The notes below the pieces were generated by a model that had not been told where the DNA came from, made no database searches, and worked only from the letters and a program-made list of their open reading frames with translations. From positions 7,230-71,229 of the forward strand of contig CDMY01000465.1 of NCBI GenBank assembly GCA_001179505.1: a stretch of 64,000 bases of DNA, written 5' to 3'. Each line of letters begins with the position of its first letter. The stretch's first letter is position 1. Below, one piece after another: positions 1 through 10,752 of the stretch. Origin of the DNA: Vitrella brassicaformis CCMP3155. Its lineage: Eukaryota > Protista > Chromerida. Both the position numbers and the translations under genes were made by a program.

Positions 1-2
1 AG

Positions 3-740
3 CAGCTTCGGCTTGCCCTCGTAGTCCTTGGGATCGAAGTCATACACGCGACAGAGCATGTTGCCGTAGCCGCTCTCGTCGTATGACGGATCGCCACCCG
101 GTGACATGCCGGGCGGGAATGGGACGGTGTCGGGGGGCATGGGAAAAGCAGGCGAGGGCTGGTGGGGGGAGGGGGAGGGGGGCGGCCGCCAATCGTAGAC
201 ATAGTTGCCTTCATTGGGGTCGTAGTCAACCGAGTCGACGAATCCTGGACGCATGCGGCGTTCGGGCATTGGGGGGTACGGCTGAGGTGGATCGGGCATG
301 ATGGGCCGCCTCTCCGGCAGCCTAGTCGTGGTAGGGGGAGGCTTGCTCTCATCCTCTGGCTCGTCTTCATCTGTATCACCGCTAGTCGTCGCGTGCAGAC
401 TTGTCACCGGCCTATTGCCGCCATGAGCAGATGAGAAGATGCTCTTCTGCGAGACGCAGTGGATGACCTCCATGCCATCTGCCGTTTCGCCAACATGTCT
501 GCACTCAAACAGACCACTGCGGGCATGCGGAAAGATGTCTGCGGGAAAGGGCATCTTCGGCGGCACAAAGCTGCTCTGCTGTCGAAATACCGTCGATGCA
601 GGCGGCCGAGTGCGATGAAAGCGCTCCCTTCGCTGAGGCGGTGGTCGATATCTGGCAGCAGCAGAGGCCAGATCACTCCCCAGTAGCAGCAGGCAGAAGG
701 CCCAGCAGGCAAGGCGGGGTTGGGTTTTCTTCAGCAGCAT
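3..740 (-). CDS. 5' part of a signal-peptide-bearing, Pro-rich hypothetical protein; runs off the left edge
   Basis: Stop-free frame from ATG 740 to the window edge: MLLKKTQPRLACWAFCLLLLGSDLASA...GYGNMLCRVYDFDPKDYEGKPKL. Hydrophobic N-terminus followed by an Arg/Ser-rich stretch. Missed by the ORF track because it has no stop in the window. Confidence 0.7.
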   Translation of the reverse strand, partial: MLLKKTQPRLACWAFCLLLLGSDLASAAARYRPPPQRRERFHRTRPPASTVFRQQSSFVPPKMPFPADIFPHARSGLFECRHVGETADGMEVIHCVSQKSIFSSAHGGNRPVTSLHATTSGDTDEDEPEDESKPPPTTTRLPERRPIMPDPPQPYPPMPERRMRPGFVDSVDYDPNEGNYVYDWRPPPSPSPHQPSPAFPMPPDTVPFPPGMSPGGDPSYDESGYGNMLCRVYDFDPKDYEGKPKL

Positions 741-906
741 CATTAGGCATTTTTTACCCATCCACGGTGGAGCAAGCGACGAGGGAGCAGATCTCCATAC
801 ATCTCGTCCTGAGCGGTCTCTGAGCGCCAAGCTTGCAGATCTCTGCGAGCTTGAAGCCGATGAGCCAAGAGGGTTCGGAAATCGCGAGAGCCGCCTGAGG
901 CATTCG

Positions 907-3393
907 ATGATATCGGAATGGCAGGTTGACACACCGAGGAGCAGGGTGATCGCCAGATGGGGAGGCCTGGCGACTGACAGCGACGCGAACAAGGTGGAAG
1001 GCCTGCTGATGCGACAGCCATTCATCCAACAGGTGAGAGAGGAACATGCAGAGCGGGAGAAATGAATGCCGCTCCATGTGCATGGGTGGAAGGTTGGCTC
1101 GTCGTGAGTGTGTTTCAGGCGACTCTTGCACTGCCCAGGCCAATGGATTCTGTTGAAGATGCAGAAGCACTGCTCGAATCGATCAAGAAGCAGGTCACCT
1201 GCTTGTCGTGTGGATGGGCGGATGGGTGGATGGATGTCAGCATTTCTTGTCCTTTGCTGTGTGGCTGTCCGATCAGCTGCACTGTCTGCGAGTGGAGTCC
1301 CTTCATCTCAGCGCCTTCTGCACGGAGCGGTTCGTCAAGGGGGCCGTGCCCCTCACGTCACCACAGCAGCCACGCAGAGGGCCTCGCCAACCTTCTGAGG
1401 GTGTGGCCGAGCCACGGTGCGTGTTGGTGAGTTGTGGCCCTTCGATTGATGGGGCAGCAGGGATCGCCGCATTGCTGCCGTCAGGGAAGCTGCTCCTGGC
1501 GGTGAGCTGAGCTGAAGGGAGGGAGAGAGAGGACGACATTCGATTGAAATGCAACCACAGCCTGCCTGCCTGCCTCATCTGTGTGTCCGCAGTCAGATCC
1601 TGTCAATGCGACTGCACTGGGCATTGACCCTTGCATTCACCATCCAAAGCCCTTCCAGAGAGGTTAGGTGTCACGCAAACAAGACACGAAGGATCAATGG
1701 CCCCGCTCTCACCCCTTGTTGTGTGTGTGTTTGATCCATCCTTCCATCAGAGCAAGTGCCGTCTTTGCGGTACTCCATGGTGGATTTGGCGTCGCCGGCC
1801 TTTCGCAAGAGCCGCCTCTTCCACCGCACCCACTTCCTCCTCAGTGGCGACCGGTGCACGTCGGGCACCATGATTGGCTATGGGGAGGGGCAGTGTGGCG
1901 ATCCGACACATGTGCAGCACCTGCTCAGCGAAGACCATGGACAGGTCAGTGGTGGAGTGCACCATTGCATCCTTTGATTGCACCATCCTTTGATCTCCAC
2001 ATTCAGGCCAGAGTGACATCTGTTCCGCTGCAGTACTCGTCGGCACACGTCTCTGACCACCCGTCACCAGACTTCTGCCAGATCACTGGCTTGCTCGAGG
2101 CGTGCTGCGGGCCCCCACGCAAAGCCAAGAGAGGCCATGGGCGGGAGGGAGGGGGGCCGTCAGAGGTCTATCGAGGAGGGGAGGCGCCGCTCACGACCGA
2201 TGCCGAAACGCATGCAAGGCTGGAGCAACAGCTGCGGATCGTAAGTGTATGAAGAGGGCCCTTGTGTAATCAGTCGCCTCATGTGTGCCTCTTCTCTCCT
2301 CGTCAGCTGTTGGAGGAGCTGCTCGAGTGGCTGGGGTGCACCCATCTGGACATCCCTGTGCAGAAGGGTCTCTATCCGTGGCTTGTAGAGGATGGCCGTG
2401 ATGCGTCGGACCTCAGCTTGTGGACTGTGCGGGGCATCCTTGAGCCCTCGCAGCTGCGTCACATGTGGAAGGCACTCAGGTGAGATGCGGATGGCTGGAC
2501 ACACATATCTTAAGATATGCCATTCATTGGTGGTCGCCTGTGTGTGATGCATCGATCAGGGAGAGGGTGTGCAGCCCACAATCAGACCAACGACAGCGAT
2601 GCACGTGGGGCGCACTGTCCATCTGGTCTGTCGAGGACGCTCCAGTGGCCTTCGACGAACACCCACACGGTGGGTAAATACCCACTGCAGACAGACAGAC
2701 AGACAGACAGACAGAGAGCGACAATCAAACCAGAAGGCATATTTGCTCCTTGTCCGTCTGCATTGTGTTCATGCCTGCAGGTTATGACATGTGCGGTGCC
2801 GCCCACTCGCATTTGGTGTGCTTCAGCGATGGCCCGGCCGTCTGGTGGCTTCTGCTACAGGTACATGTCCGTCCGTGAGTAAGGAGGCAGGGCGTGCAGG
2901 TGGGATTAAGTGAGCTCTTTCTTCGCTGCTCCTCAGGTTGTGAACCATCTGGATGCGACAACAGCATGAGTATGTCTTGACCGATGGTGTTTGTGCCTCC
3001 ATGAGAGACGCGCGAAACCGCAGATGGATGGATGGATGGCTGGCTGGATGTGTACAGAGAGAGAGAGACGGACACAGCACACAGACATACGTATACTGAC
3101 TCGCTGACTGACCGATTCCTGTGAGTCGAGGTGGCCTTCTCGCGCACAGACCCCTATAGGAAGGAGTACGTGCAGGACCTGACTGAGAGGCGGGGCGGGA
3201 TGTGGTGGATCTGCTGCTGCGGCGAGGGGCGGTGGTGTACGTGTGCGGCCGGGCGCACCCGATGCTGTCGCAGGTGTGGGACGCGTTTGTGGAGGTGCTG
3301 GGTGTGCATGGCGGGATGGGCAAGTCGGAGGCCAACCGGTTCCTGCTGCAGCTGCAGGCCAAGAGGCGATACATATGCGACACCTGGGAGTAG
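907..3393 (+). CDS. Degenerate diflavin-reductase-like (CPR/NDOR1-type) gene, multi-exon, with an apparent frameshift in the last exon
   Basis: Phase-consistent exons from ATG 907 include a weak flavodoxin-like LRYSMVDLASPAF. The last exon has AFSR-x-x-x-x-x-x-YVQD, then VYVCG...M and a terminal RRYICDTWE, as in the NADP-binding C-terminus of diflavin reductases. The central FAD domain is not recognisable. Confidence 0.5.
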
Positions 3394-3477
3394 ACGTCAT
3401 GGATGGACACGGGTTAGTGTAGGTGGACGTGTGGATGGTTTTGACTTTTTGCGTGTCTGCGTGCATTGCACGACTCA

Positions 3478-3570
3478 TGTGTCTATGCGTGTATGTATGT
3501 GTGTATGTATGTGTGTATGTATGTGTGTATGTGTGTATGTGTGTATGTGTGTATGTGTGTATGTATGTAT
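3478..3570. repeat. (TATGTG/TATG)n compound microsatellite
   Basis: Directly visible tandem repeat in the intergenic region. Confidence 0.9.
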
Positions 3571-3662
3571 GAGTAATTGTGCGTGAGGAAACTTCGATCT
3601 TGCATCAACCAATTGGTCCAGCTCGAACGCGCGAATGATGCTTCTCGGCTGAGTGCATCGAG

Positions 3663-4215
3663 ATGTGTCGCTCACTGTTGATCGCTCTCTTAAGTGTGGC
3701 TGCTGTGACGTCGACTGTGTTTGGCGGTGAGAGCATGGCTGCACAAGACAACAACTCGGTGGCCAGTGAGCAGACAAGCAAACAAGCAAGAACACACACA
3801 GGGTAGAGTGATTGCGTGTCTCTGTGTGCGTGCATTAATTCCGCAGCCGACTCTCTCGGTCTCGCCCACGGTAGAACATCATGATTGACCATTGACACGA
3901 CATTGACTGCACGATCACATTGTCTCTCTCTTTCTTCATTCATTCATTCATTCAGATCGCCTTGATCCCCTCGCCGTCATCCTCTCGCACAGGCGCCCGC
4001 ACAGGTCAACACATACTCACTGACGGACAGGTGTGGCTTGTGTATTCATCTGTCCATCTGTCCGTCTGTCTGTCTGTCTGTTCTGCAACTTTGTGCGCCA
4101 CGAGGACCCCGTCGAGGGTTACTGGAAGCTGAGACTCCCCGAAGACCCCAAGGAGATGGATTGGCCCAACTTTGACGATGAGCCGGTCCACTTCGTCTTC
4201 AAAATGTGGACGTAG
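3663..4215 (+). CDS. Small secreted hypothetical protein (4 exons, ~100 aa)
   Basis: MCRSLLIALLSVAAVTSTVFG signal peptide. Exons join as ...NNSVA/TDSLGLAH/DRLDPLAVILSHRRPH/SFVRHEDPVEGYWKLRLPEDPKEMDWPNFDDEPVHFVFKMWT*. The last acceptor is non-canonical (see findings). Confidence 0.5.
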
Positions 4216-5660
4216 GCGCGTCACGACAGCGCAGAGAGGAGTCACTCCCACGCATCGAGAGCAGGAGTCGTTTATGTGTAAATGCAGGAGTTCTACCTGC
4301 GTTGGTGGGGCCTGTCAAGGAAATCGAAGCACGCCCGCCGCCGTCTCGATTCTCACCCGAAGTGTCAAGGGAATCGTCGAGGTAAATCTCACCCGAAGCC
4401 GCCCAAGGACGAACACCGAACAGAGAGTGACGAATTCCTGTGAGTATGTTCTGTTACTCATCCACCCGGAGTGACGAACAAGGTACAGACACAGACACAG
4501 GCACTGCACTGCACTGCACTGCAGCAATCACGAACAGACCAACAGACACACTATGTATACACAATCCTTTCTCCCTCGCTGTTGTCTGTCAGATCGCCGC
4601 CTACATCTTATATCTGAAGACCCTTTCTTGCCCAGCAATGTCCATCGTTGGCCCCCCGCCGGCCAGGTGAGAGTGAGACATGATACTGATTCCATGAATG
4701 TCTCATCTGCTGGTCGGTGGTGTTTGCTCAGCTTCCTGTCCGGTGTCAACATCCTCCCGCAGCAGGTCAATCAAATGGAGGCGAGGAGAACACAACAGAG
4801 AGCCATGTATGCATTCGTGTTGGTGCTCGAATGCTTCATTCAGTCAAAGGAGGGCCGGCTTTCGAAGACAACGATGAAAGGGGAGGGAGGTCAGGAGGGA
4901 GGGAGGGAGGGAGGGAGGGAAACGCGCATGAGTGCAGTGCAAAGTGTGTGTGTGTGTGTGTGCAGGAGTCTGCGTGTGACGGCATCGCTAAACTCGCTCA
5001 GGGCAAGACGAATACACAGACACAAAAGACGGAAACGCACACGTGTGTGTGGCTGCTGTGGTCAGGTCGTTCAACTCGAAGTGCGTTGAGTGGAGTTGGA
5101 GAGAGACGGACAGACGGACAGACGGAAGTGAACTGACTAACTGACTACTCACTGACTGACTGAAAGACTTTCGAAGGAACTCTCGAGCGACGTGAATGAA
5201 TGAACGAATGCACCAATCTTGCAGGCCTTGACACTCACCCGCTGACATTGGCACCACACGACCGACACACAAGTAGGCACGCCCCTTAGAAATCCGACAT
5301 CCATCCATCCATCCATCCACACACGCTCACACCTCCCCCGAACACCTCGTACTCGTCTGCACATACACAAAGGAGACCGGCAGAATAATGTCTGTTCTGT
5401 GCACACTGACTGACCACAGCTCTTGATTGTTCATTTCCTCCCGCCGCCAGCCTGCCCATGTGACTGCCCATGAGGCGCACCCAGGCCTACGACAGACACA
5501 GACATACACGTTGATGCAGGCACCCACACCACACACGTCGTTTCTGCCTGCGTTCCTTCGCCGGAGGCATCATTCCGTTCTTGCATGGGCAGTGACGCGT
5601 GGGAACGAGTCTTGAGATATAAAATGTAGGCGGCGATCTACACACATACAGCGACGGAGA

Positions 5661-7337
5661 CTATATTGTGTCTCCGTATCTGTGAAGCGTGTCTCTTTCA
5701 ATCAACTCACCACTGTTGAGATCCCATTTTCCGCCGGTGAGAGTGCGGATCAGCCGGATGGCGGCCCACGGGTCGACGGACGGCTCGCTGGTCGCCCTGT
5801 GCACCGTCATCAGCTCGTCGGGGCGCAGAAACACATGGCACTTTCCTTCGGCTACAAGAGGCACCACAGCATACCACACCCATATGTATCAGCACACTCA
5901 TACACACACGTGTGGCTGTGTCGTCCCCTCACAGCCATATGGGCTCTCTGTGCGTGTCTGTGAGAGGACGTACCATCCTGGCAGGCTGACCCCCAGGCCG
6001 TCAGGTCAGCCCTCAGTGCCTCGAAGGACTGCGGCGTGCTGTAGTAGATCAGGCCATTCAGCACTCCCGTGTTGATCAGATTCACACAGAACGCACTCGT
6101 CGCCACGACAATACGCAGAGCGCCTGCACACACACACACGCACACGCACACAGAGGTGTGTGTACTTGGCTGCTGTGCATATGTGTTAAGAATTGCAGCG
6201 TCTCTCTCTCTCTCTCTCGCTCTCTCACCGCTTGCGAACTTGCTCTCGACGTTGGCAAGGTGATTCTTGCCGCGGCCGCCATGGTAGGCCTCCACGGCAC
6301 CGAACGGACCTACACACGCGTAGACAGAGATGCACACCAATCACACACATGAGCGATTCATTGTCTTATGTGAGCCCCCCCCCCTCTCCCCTCCCCACCT
6401 CCCACCTACCGGCCTTTGTGAGTGCTTCCGTGAGTATGTCGGCATCCTGGCGGCGCCACGTAGAGATGAGAATGGATTTCTTGTCCACCCACCGCTCCGA
6501 CTTGAGGAGCTGCTTGAGCTCTCGGACGCGGTGTGCGTCCCGGCGGGCCTCACTGTAGGTGAAGTCGAAAAACCGTCGATCGCCACCCTCACCCTCAGCG
6601 GCAGCAGGCCGCACGCCGTCGGCCTGCTGAGGAGCAGTTTGTCGATCGAATTCGTTTGTCATCCATGCAGGTGTGTACCTCCCCAATAAGTGCCCCACAT
6701 CAACACATACCTCTGCTGCACAAACGTGACTCATCCTTGGTAGAGATCCTGTGGGTAGAACTCCTCTGCTGCAAACAGACACATGACATGAAAGAGTGAC
6801 CGTATTCTTTTCGTTTCTCCAGCTGGTGCAGCATACTGGTCATTTCGATGCGAATCCTGGCATCTCTGCTCTGGCCTCCGTTGCCAAATACCTCAACGAC
6901 CGTACGGTTGAGCTGATGCTCATGACTGAACGCGCATAAATGCGAACACGCAAACACAAAGCATAGACCTCAAATTTGTGAGTTTGTGTGAGCCCCGTCT
7001 CACTCCGAGAAGATGATTCGGCTCTCAAACTGAGTGGCAAAGAGCACCGCCAGCGCCTCGTCGAGGGCACTGGGCGTCCCTGTGGGGCACTGCCGCTGGG
7101 CCACACGCATGGCTGTGTTGATGGGGACGGCTGCGCTGCGGCTGGCTGTGTATGTGGTGGGAGCGGAGGCGCTTGAGGGACCTGCAGAGGGTGGCACCTC
7201 GTGCGTGGCGTCGAGGCTGCTCGAGAAGTCGAGGGCGAGCACGCCATCGCAGGACAGAGGGAGGCCGGATGACGAGAGGGGCTGGGTGGGGGGCAGACGG
7301 CCCTCTTTGAGCTCCGCCCAGAAGAGGAAGATGTCCT
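5661..7337 (-). pseudogene. Kinase/RecQ-like module copy 1: 3' part with a degenerate RecQ helicase C-terminal domain; 5' end lost in the gap
   Basis: Exons KSILISTWRRQDADILTEAL / VEAYHGGRGK...VESKFASG / ALRIVVATSAF...TPQSFEAL...CQD / AEGKCHVFL follow the RecQ(4)-type order IIYC..R, AYHAG, VVATxAFG, GRAGRDG..CHL. Motif VI is degenerate. Confidence 0.55.
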
Positions 7338-7637
7338 NNNNNNNNNNNNNNNNNNNNNNNNNNNNNNNNNNNNNNNNNNNNNNNNNNNNNNNNNNNNNNN
7401 NNNNNNNNNNNNNNNNNNNNNNNNNNNNNNNNNNNNNNNNNNNNNNNNNNNNNNNNNNNNNNNNNNNNNNNNNNNNNNNNNNNNNNNNNNNNNNNNNNNN
7501 NNNNNNNNNNNNNNNNNNNNNNNNNNNNNNNNNNNNNNNNNNNNNNNNNNNNNNNNNNNNNNNNNNNNNNNNNNNNNNNNNNNNNNNNNNNNNNNNNNNN
7601 NNNNNNNNNNNNNNNNNNNNNNNNNNNNNNNNNNNNN
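7338..7637. other. Assembly gap (300 N)
   Basis: Run of N. Confidence 1.
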
Positions 7638-9390
7638 GTCTTATGTGAGCCCCCCCCCCTCTCCCCTCCCCACCTCCCACCTACCGGCCTTTGTGAGTGC
7701 TTCCGTGAGTATGTCGGCATCCTGGCGGCGCCACGTAGAGATGAGAATGGATTTCTTGTCCACCCACCGCTCCGACTTGAGGAGCTGCTTGAGCTCTCGG
7801 ACGCGGTGTGCGTCCCGGCGGGCCTCACTGTAGGTGAAGTCGAAAAACCGTCGATCGCCACCCTCACCCTCAGCGGCAGCAGGCCGCACGCCGTCGGCCT
7901 GCTGAGGAGCAGTTTGTCGATCGAATTCGTTTGTCATCCATGCAGGTGTGTACCTCCCCAATAAGTGCCCCACATCAACACATACCTCTGCTGCACAAAC
8001 GTGACTCATCCTTGGTAGAGATCCTGTGGGTAGAACTCCTCTGCTGCAAACAGACACATGACATGAAAGAGTGACCGTATTCTTTTCGTTTCTCCAGCTG
8101 GTGCAGCATACTGGTCATTTCGATACGAATCCTGGCATCTCTGCTCTGGCCTCCGTTGCCAAATACCTCAACGACCGTACGGTTGAGCTGGTGCTCATGA
8201 CTGAACGCGCATAAATGCGCAAACACAAAGCATAGACCTCAAATTTGTGACTTTGTGTGAGCCCCGTCTCACTCCGAGAAGACGATTCGGCTCTCAAACT
8301 GAGTGGAAGGAGCACCGCCAGCGCCTCGTCGAGGGCACTGGGCGTCCCTGTGGGGCACTGCCGCTGGGCCACACGCATGGCTGTGTTGATGGGGACGGCT
8401 GCGCTGCGGCTGGCTGTGTATGTGGTGGGAGCGGAGGCGCTTGAGGGACCTGCAGAGGGTGGCACCTCGTGCGTGGCGTCGAGGCTGCTCGAGAAGTCGA
8501 GGGCGAGCACGCCATCGCAGGACAGAGGGAGGCCGGATGACGAGAGGGGCTGGGTGGGGGGCAGACGGCCCTCTTTGAGCTCCGCCCAGAAGAGGAAGAT
8601 GTCCTTGGTGAGGTTGTCAGGACACACGACGCCCATCGCCAGCAGGCACCTGTGGCAGTGGATAATCAGCGAGAGGCCCTTGACAGCTGATCCAGCATGC
8701 TGAAGGGGATCTCGTAGGGGTCGGGGGCTTGCGGGCGGTCTCGGCAATGCGGGCGATGTTGAAGATGTCGATGAAGTCCGCCAAGTCGACGTAGTGATCG
8801 TTCGTGGCAACCCGAGTCGAGGAGGTCGGCACCACCTCCTCGGCCACGTACAGGCGATTCTCCACCAGCCTCTTCCTCTCTCCGGCGACTTCAAGCGTCA
8901 GGTGGAGTGTGGCGGAGTTGTCCTTGTCCGTCAGTGCGTCGATGAGGCGGACAAACGGTGCCCGCCGCGCCCCTCCCTCCAACGCACCCAAGTCCTCCCG
9001 GTCGACAGCTTTGTTGAGCTTATTCAGACGCGCCTTCTCGATAACAGCCGCCACGAAGCTCTCCTGCCTTGTCCGGTCGTTGGCCTTCCTCACTGCAGCA
9101 GTGTCACCGTCGGCATCGATATCTCCAGGGCACGGCCAGGTCTTAAAGGCCACCTCCTGCCCGTCCCTGATGCCCTTGAACGCCCAAGCGAAGCTGCCCT
9201 TTCCATAAATGCGGATGGCTCTAAAGTTGTGAAATCGGGTGGGAAAAAAGTTTGCCCCCGTCTCTGTCCCCAATTCTCGAATTCTCGACGCACTCCCTTC
9301 TCCTCCCGGAAACAAACGCCGAGTCCAGAGGCTGAGGCTGTAGAGAAGTGAAGGCCAACAATTGCCCTGTGTGAAGCCGCGATGATTTCA
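7638..9390 (-). pseudogene. Kinase/RecQ-like module copy 2 (kinase-like N-terminus, several frameshifts)
   Basis: GKGSFAWAFKG...VAFK N-lobe, degenerate catalytic loop GVVCPDNLTKDIFL, and LDFS at the DFG position. 7638-8600 is near-identical to 6362-7337. Frame breaks at ~8728, ~8685 and ~8305. Confidence 0.65.
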
Positions 9391-10141
9391 CCATCCATTT
9401 TGAGTAGCTGTGCAGCCTAAGGTGATGTTCATGATGGATGGATGGATGGATGAACATGCATCCATCGCTCAGTGGTGACTTCTCCTTGACTACATCGTGC
9501 TTGAGTCCTCAACCGTGTCCACGCGCAAACATGCATTATAAAACCACGTGTGCCGGCCGGCATGCGAGAAGGAATGAGATACTTGTGAGATACACAGCCA
9601 GATAGATAAATAGATCCATTTATGCACACAAGGAGAGCAGAACGACACACCGACCGACAGAATGATGAATAAAGACGTGCTTTACCTACCCACCCAAACC
9701 CTCCAGACGCGAGGCGAAACGACGTGGCAAAGTCAGCAAAGAGCTAAGTGAAAGGCTTCTGGTGCGATGAGCGGCTGTGCTGCTGCATGCGACCCCATCA
9801 GGAATGGTCTTCTGCTTCGATCGGCCACAACCGAGACGAAAGACCATTGCCGACCAGGTGGCAACATCACACAGTCGCACACGCGTAGACAGACCTGAAA
9901 ACGACACCAATTACCAGCGAACACCATTATTCAGCCACCCAGCGCCTTTTCCTCTCTCTCTTAGACAAGAAACCGGCAATACAGACAGACCCCCAACCCA
10001 TTTGGGCAAACATCATGCAGACAGGGATGCTTCTGCCCTCTCCCTCCCTCCCTCCCTCTCTCCCTCTCTCATCTACCGATCTACCGATCTACCAGAGCCC
10101 TCTGCACTACTGCCCATCTACCTTGCCGACTGGTCTAAGGC

Positions 10142-10752
10142 TCATTTCTTCGGGGCGCCCACGTAGCGGGGGTTCTCGTTGGGGCGCGTGTAGGTGCCTG
10201 ATGGTGTGAGGAGGGGAGACCCAAACCTATGTAGCAGGGGTGAGCGTGTGGTTTGTTTGTTCCTTTGTTCCTTTGTCCTTCTGTCTGTCTGTCTGTCTGT
10301 CTCCCTGTCTGTGTGTCCAGTCAGCGTAAGTACCTCCAGTCTGGTTGCCCTGGGCGTCCTTGGTGCCGTGGTAGGTGGAGCCATTGGCGTTCTGGTAATA
10401 GTAGGAACGGTTCACACCTGCACACACACACACACGTGATGGCGACACGCTCTGTGTCTGGCCCCGCAATGTGCACTCACTGCCTACCCTGGCCATCGTA
10501 GTTGTCGTATCGGTACGAGCCGCCCTGCGCATTCCCGTCACCCCTGCTCGACACAGATGTGCACACACACGACAGAAACACGCAAGGTCAACAGCGTGTG
10601 CCGGTGCCCTGCGCTTGCCTGTCCGTCCACCGATTGCCCTGCACACACGCATGCACATGGCGAAGTCAAGATGGATGAAGAGAAGACGGATCTGGATGTG
10701 CGCGTGCCTGAGCGTTCCAGCCAGATGACTTGTACTGATCTTTGCCCGACAT
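10142..10752 (-). CDS. 86-aa Gly/Tyr/Asn-rich microprotein (5 exons, two GC-AG introns)
   Basis: Exons 10752-10708, 10638-10619, 10543-10488, 10417-10334, 10197-10142 total 261 nt and give MSGKDQYKSSGWNAQGNRWTDRGDGNAQGGSYRYDNYDGQGVNRSYYYQNANGSTYHGTKDAQGNQTGGTYTRPNENPRYVGAPKK*. All junctions are phase-compatible. Confidence 0.75.

Noticed and set aside
4400-5600. Possible exons (e.g. MSIVGPPPAR at ~4638 and ORF 4553-5089)
   Set aside because: No phase-consistent chain or recognisable domain could be built.
7000-7867. Long ORFs containing X runs (7000-7680, 7025-7867, 7034-7648; also 12752-13372 and 12846-14252)
   Set aside because: They read through N gaps, so their lengths are artefacts. 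Only the non-N parts were used.
10142-10496. Shorter 51-aa model starting MARVG
   Set aside because: The five-exon model extends the same G/Y/N-rich motif pattern upstream with consistent phases and is preferred.
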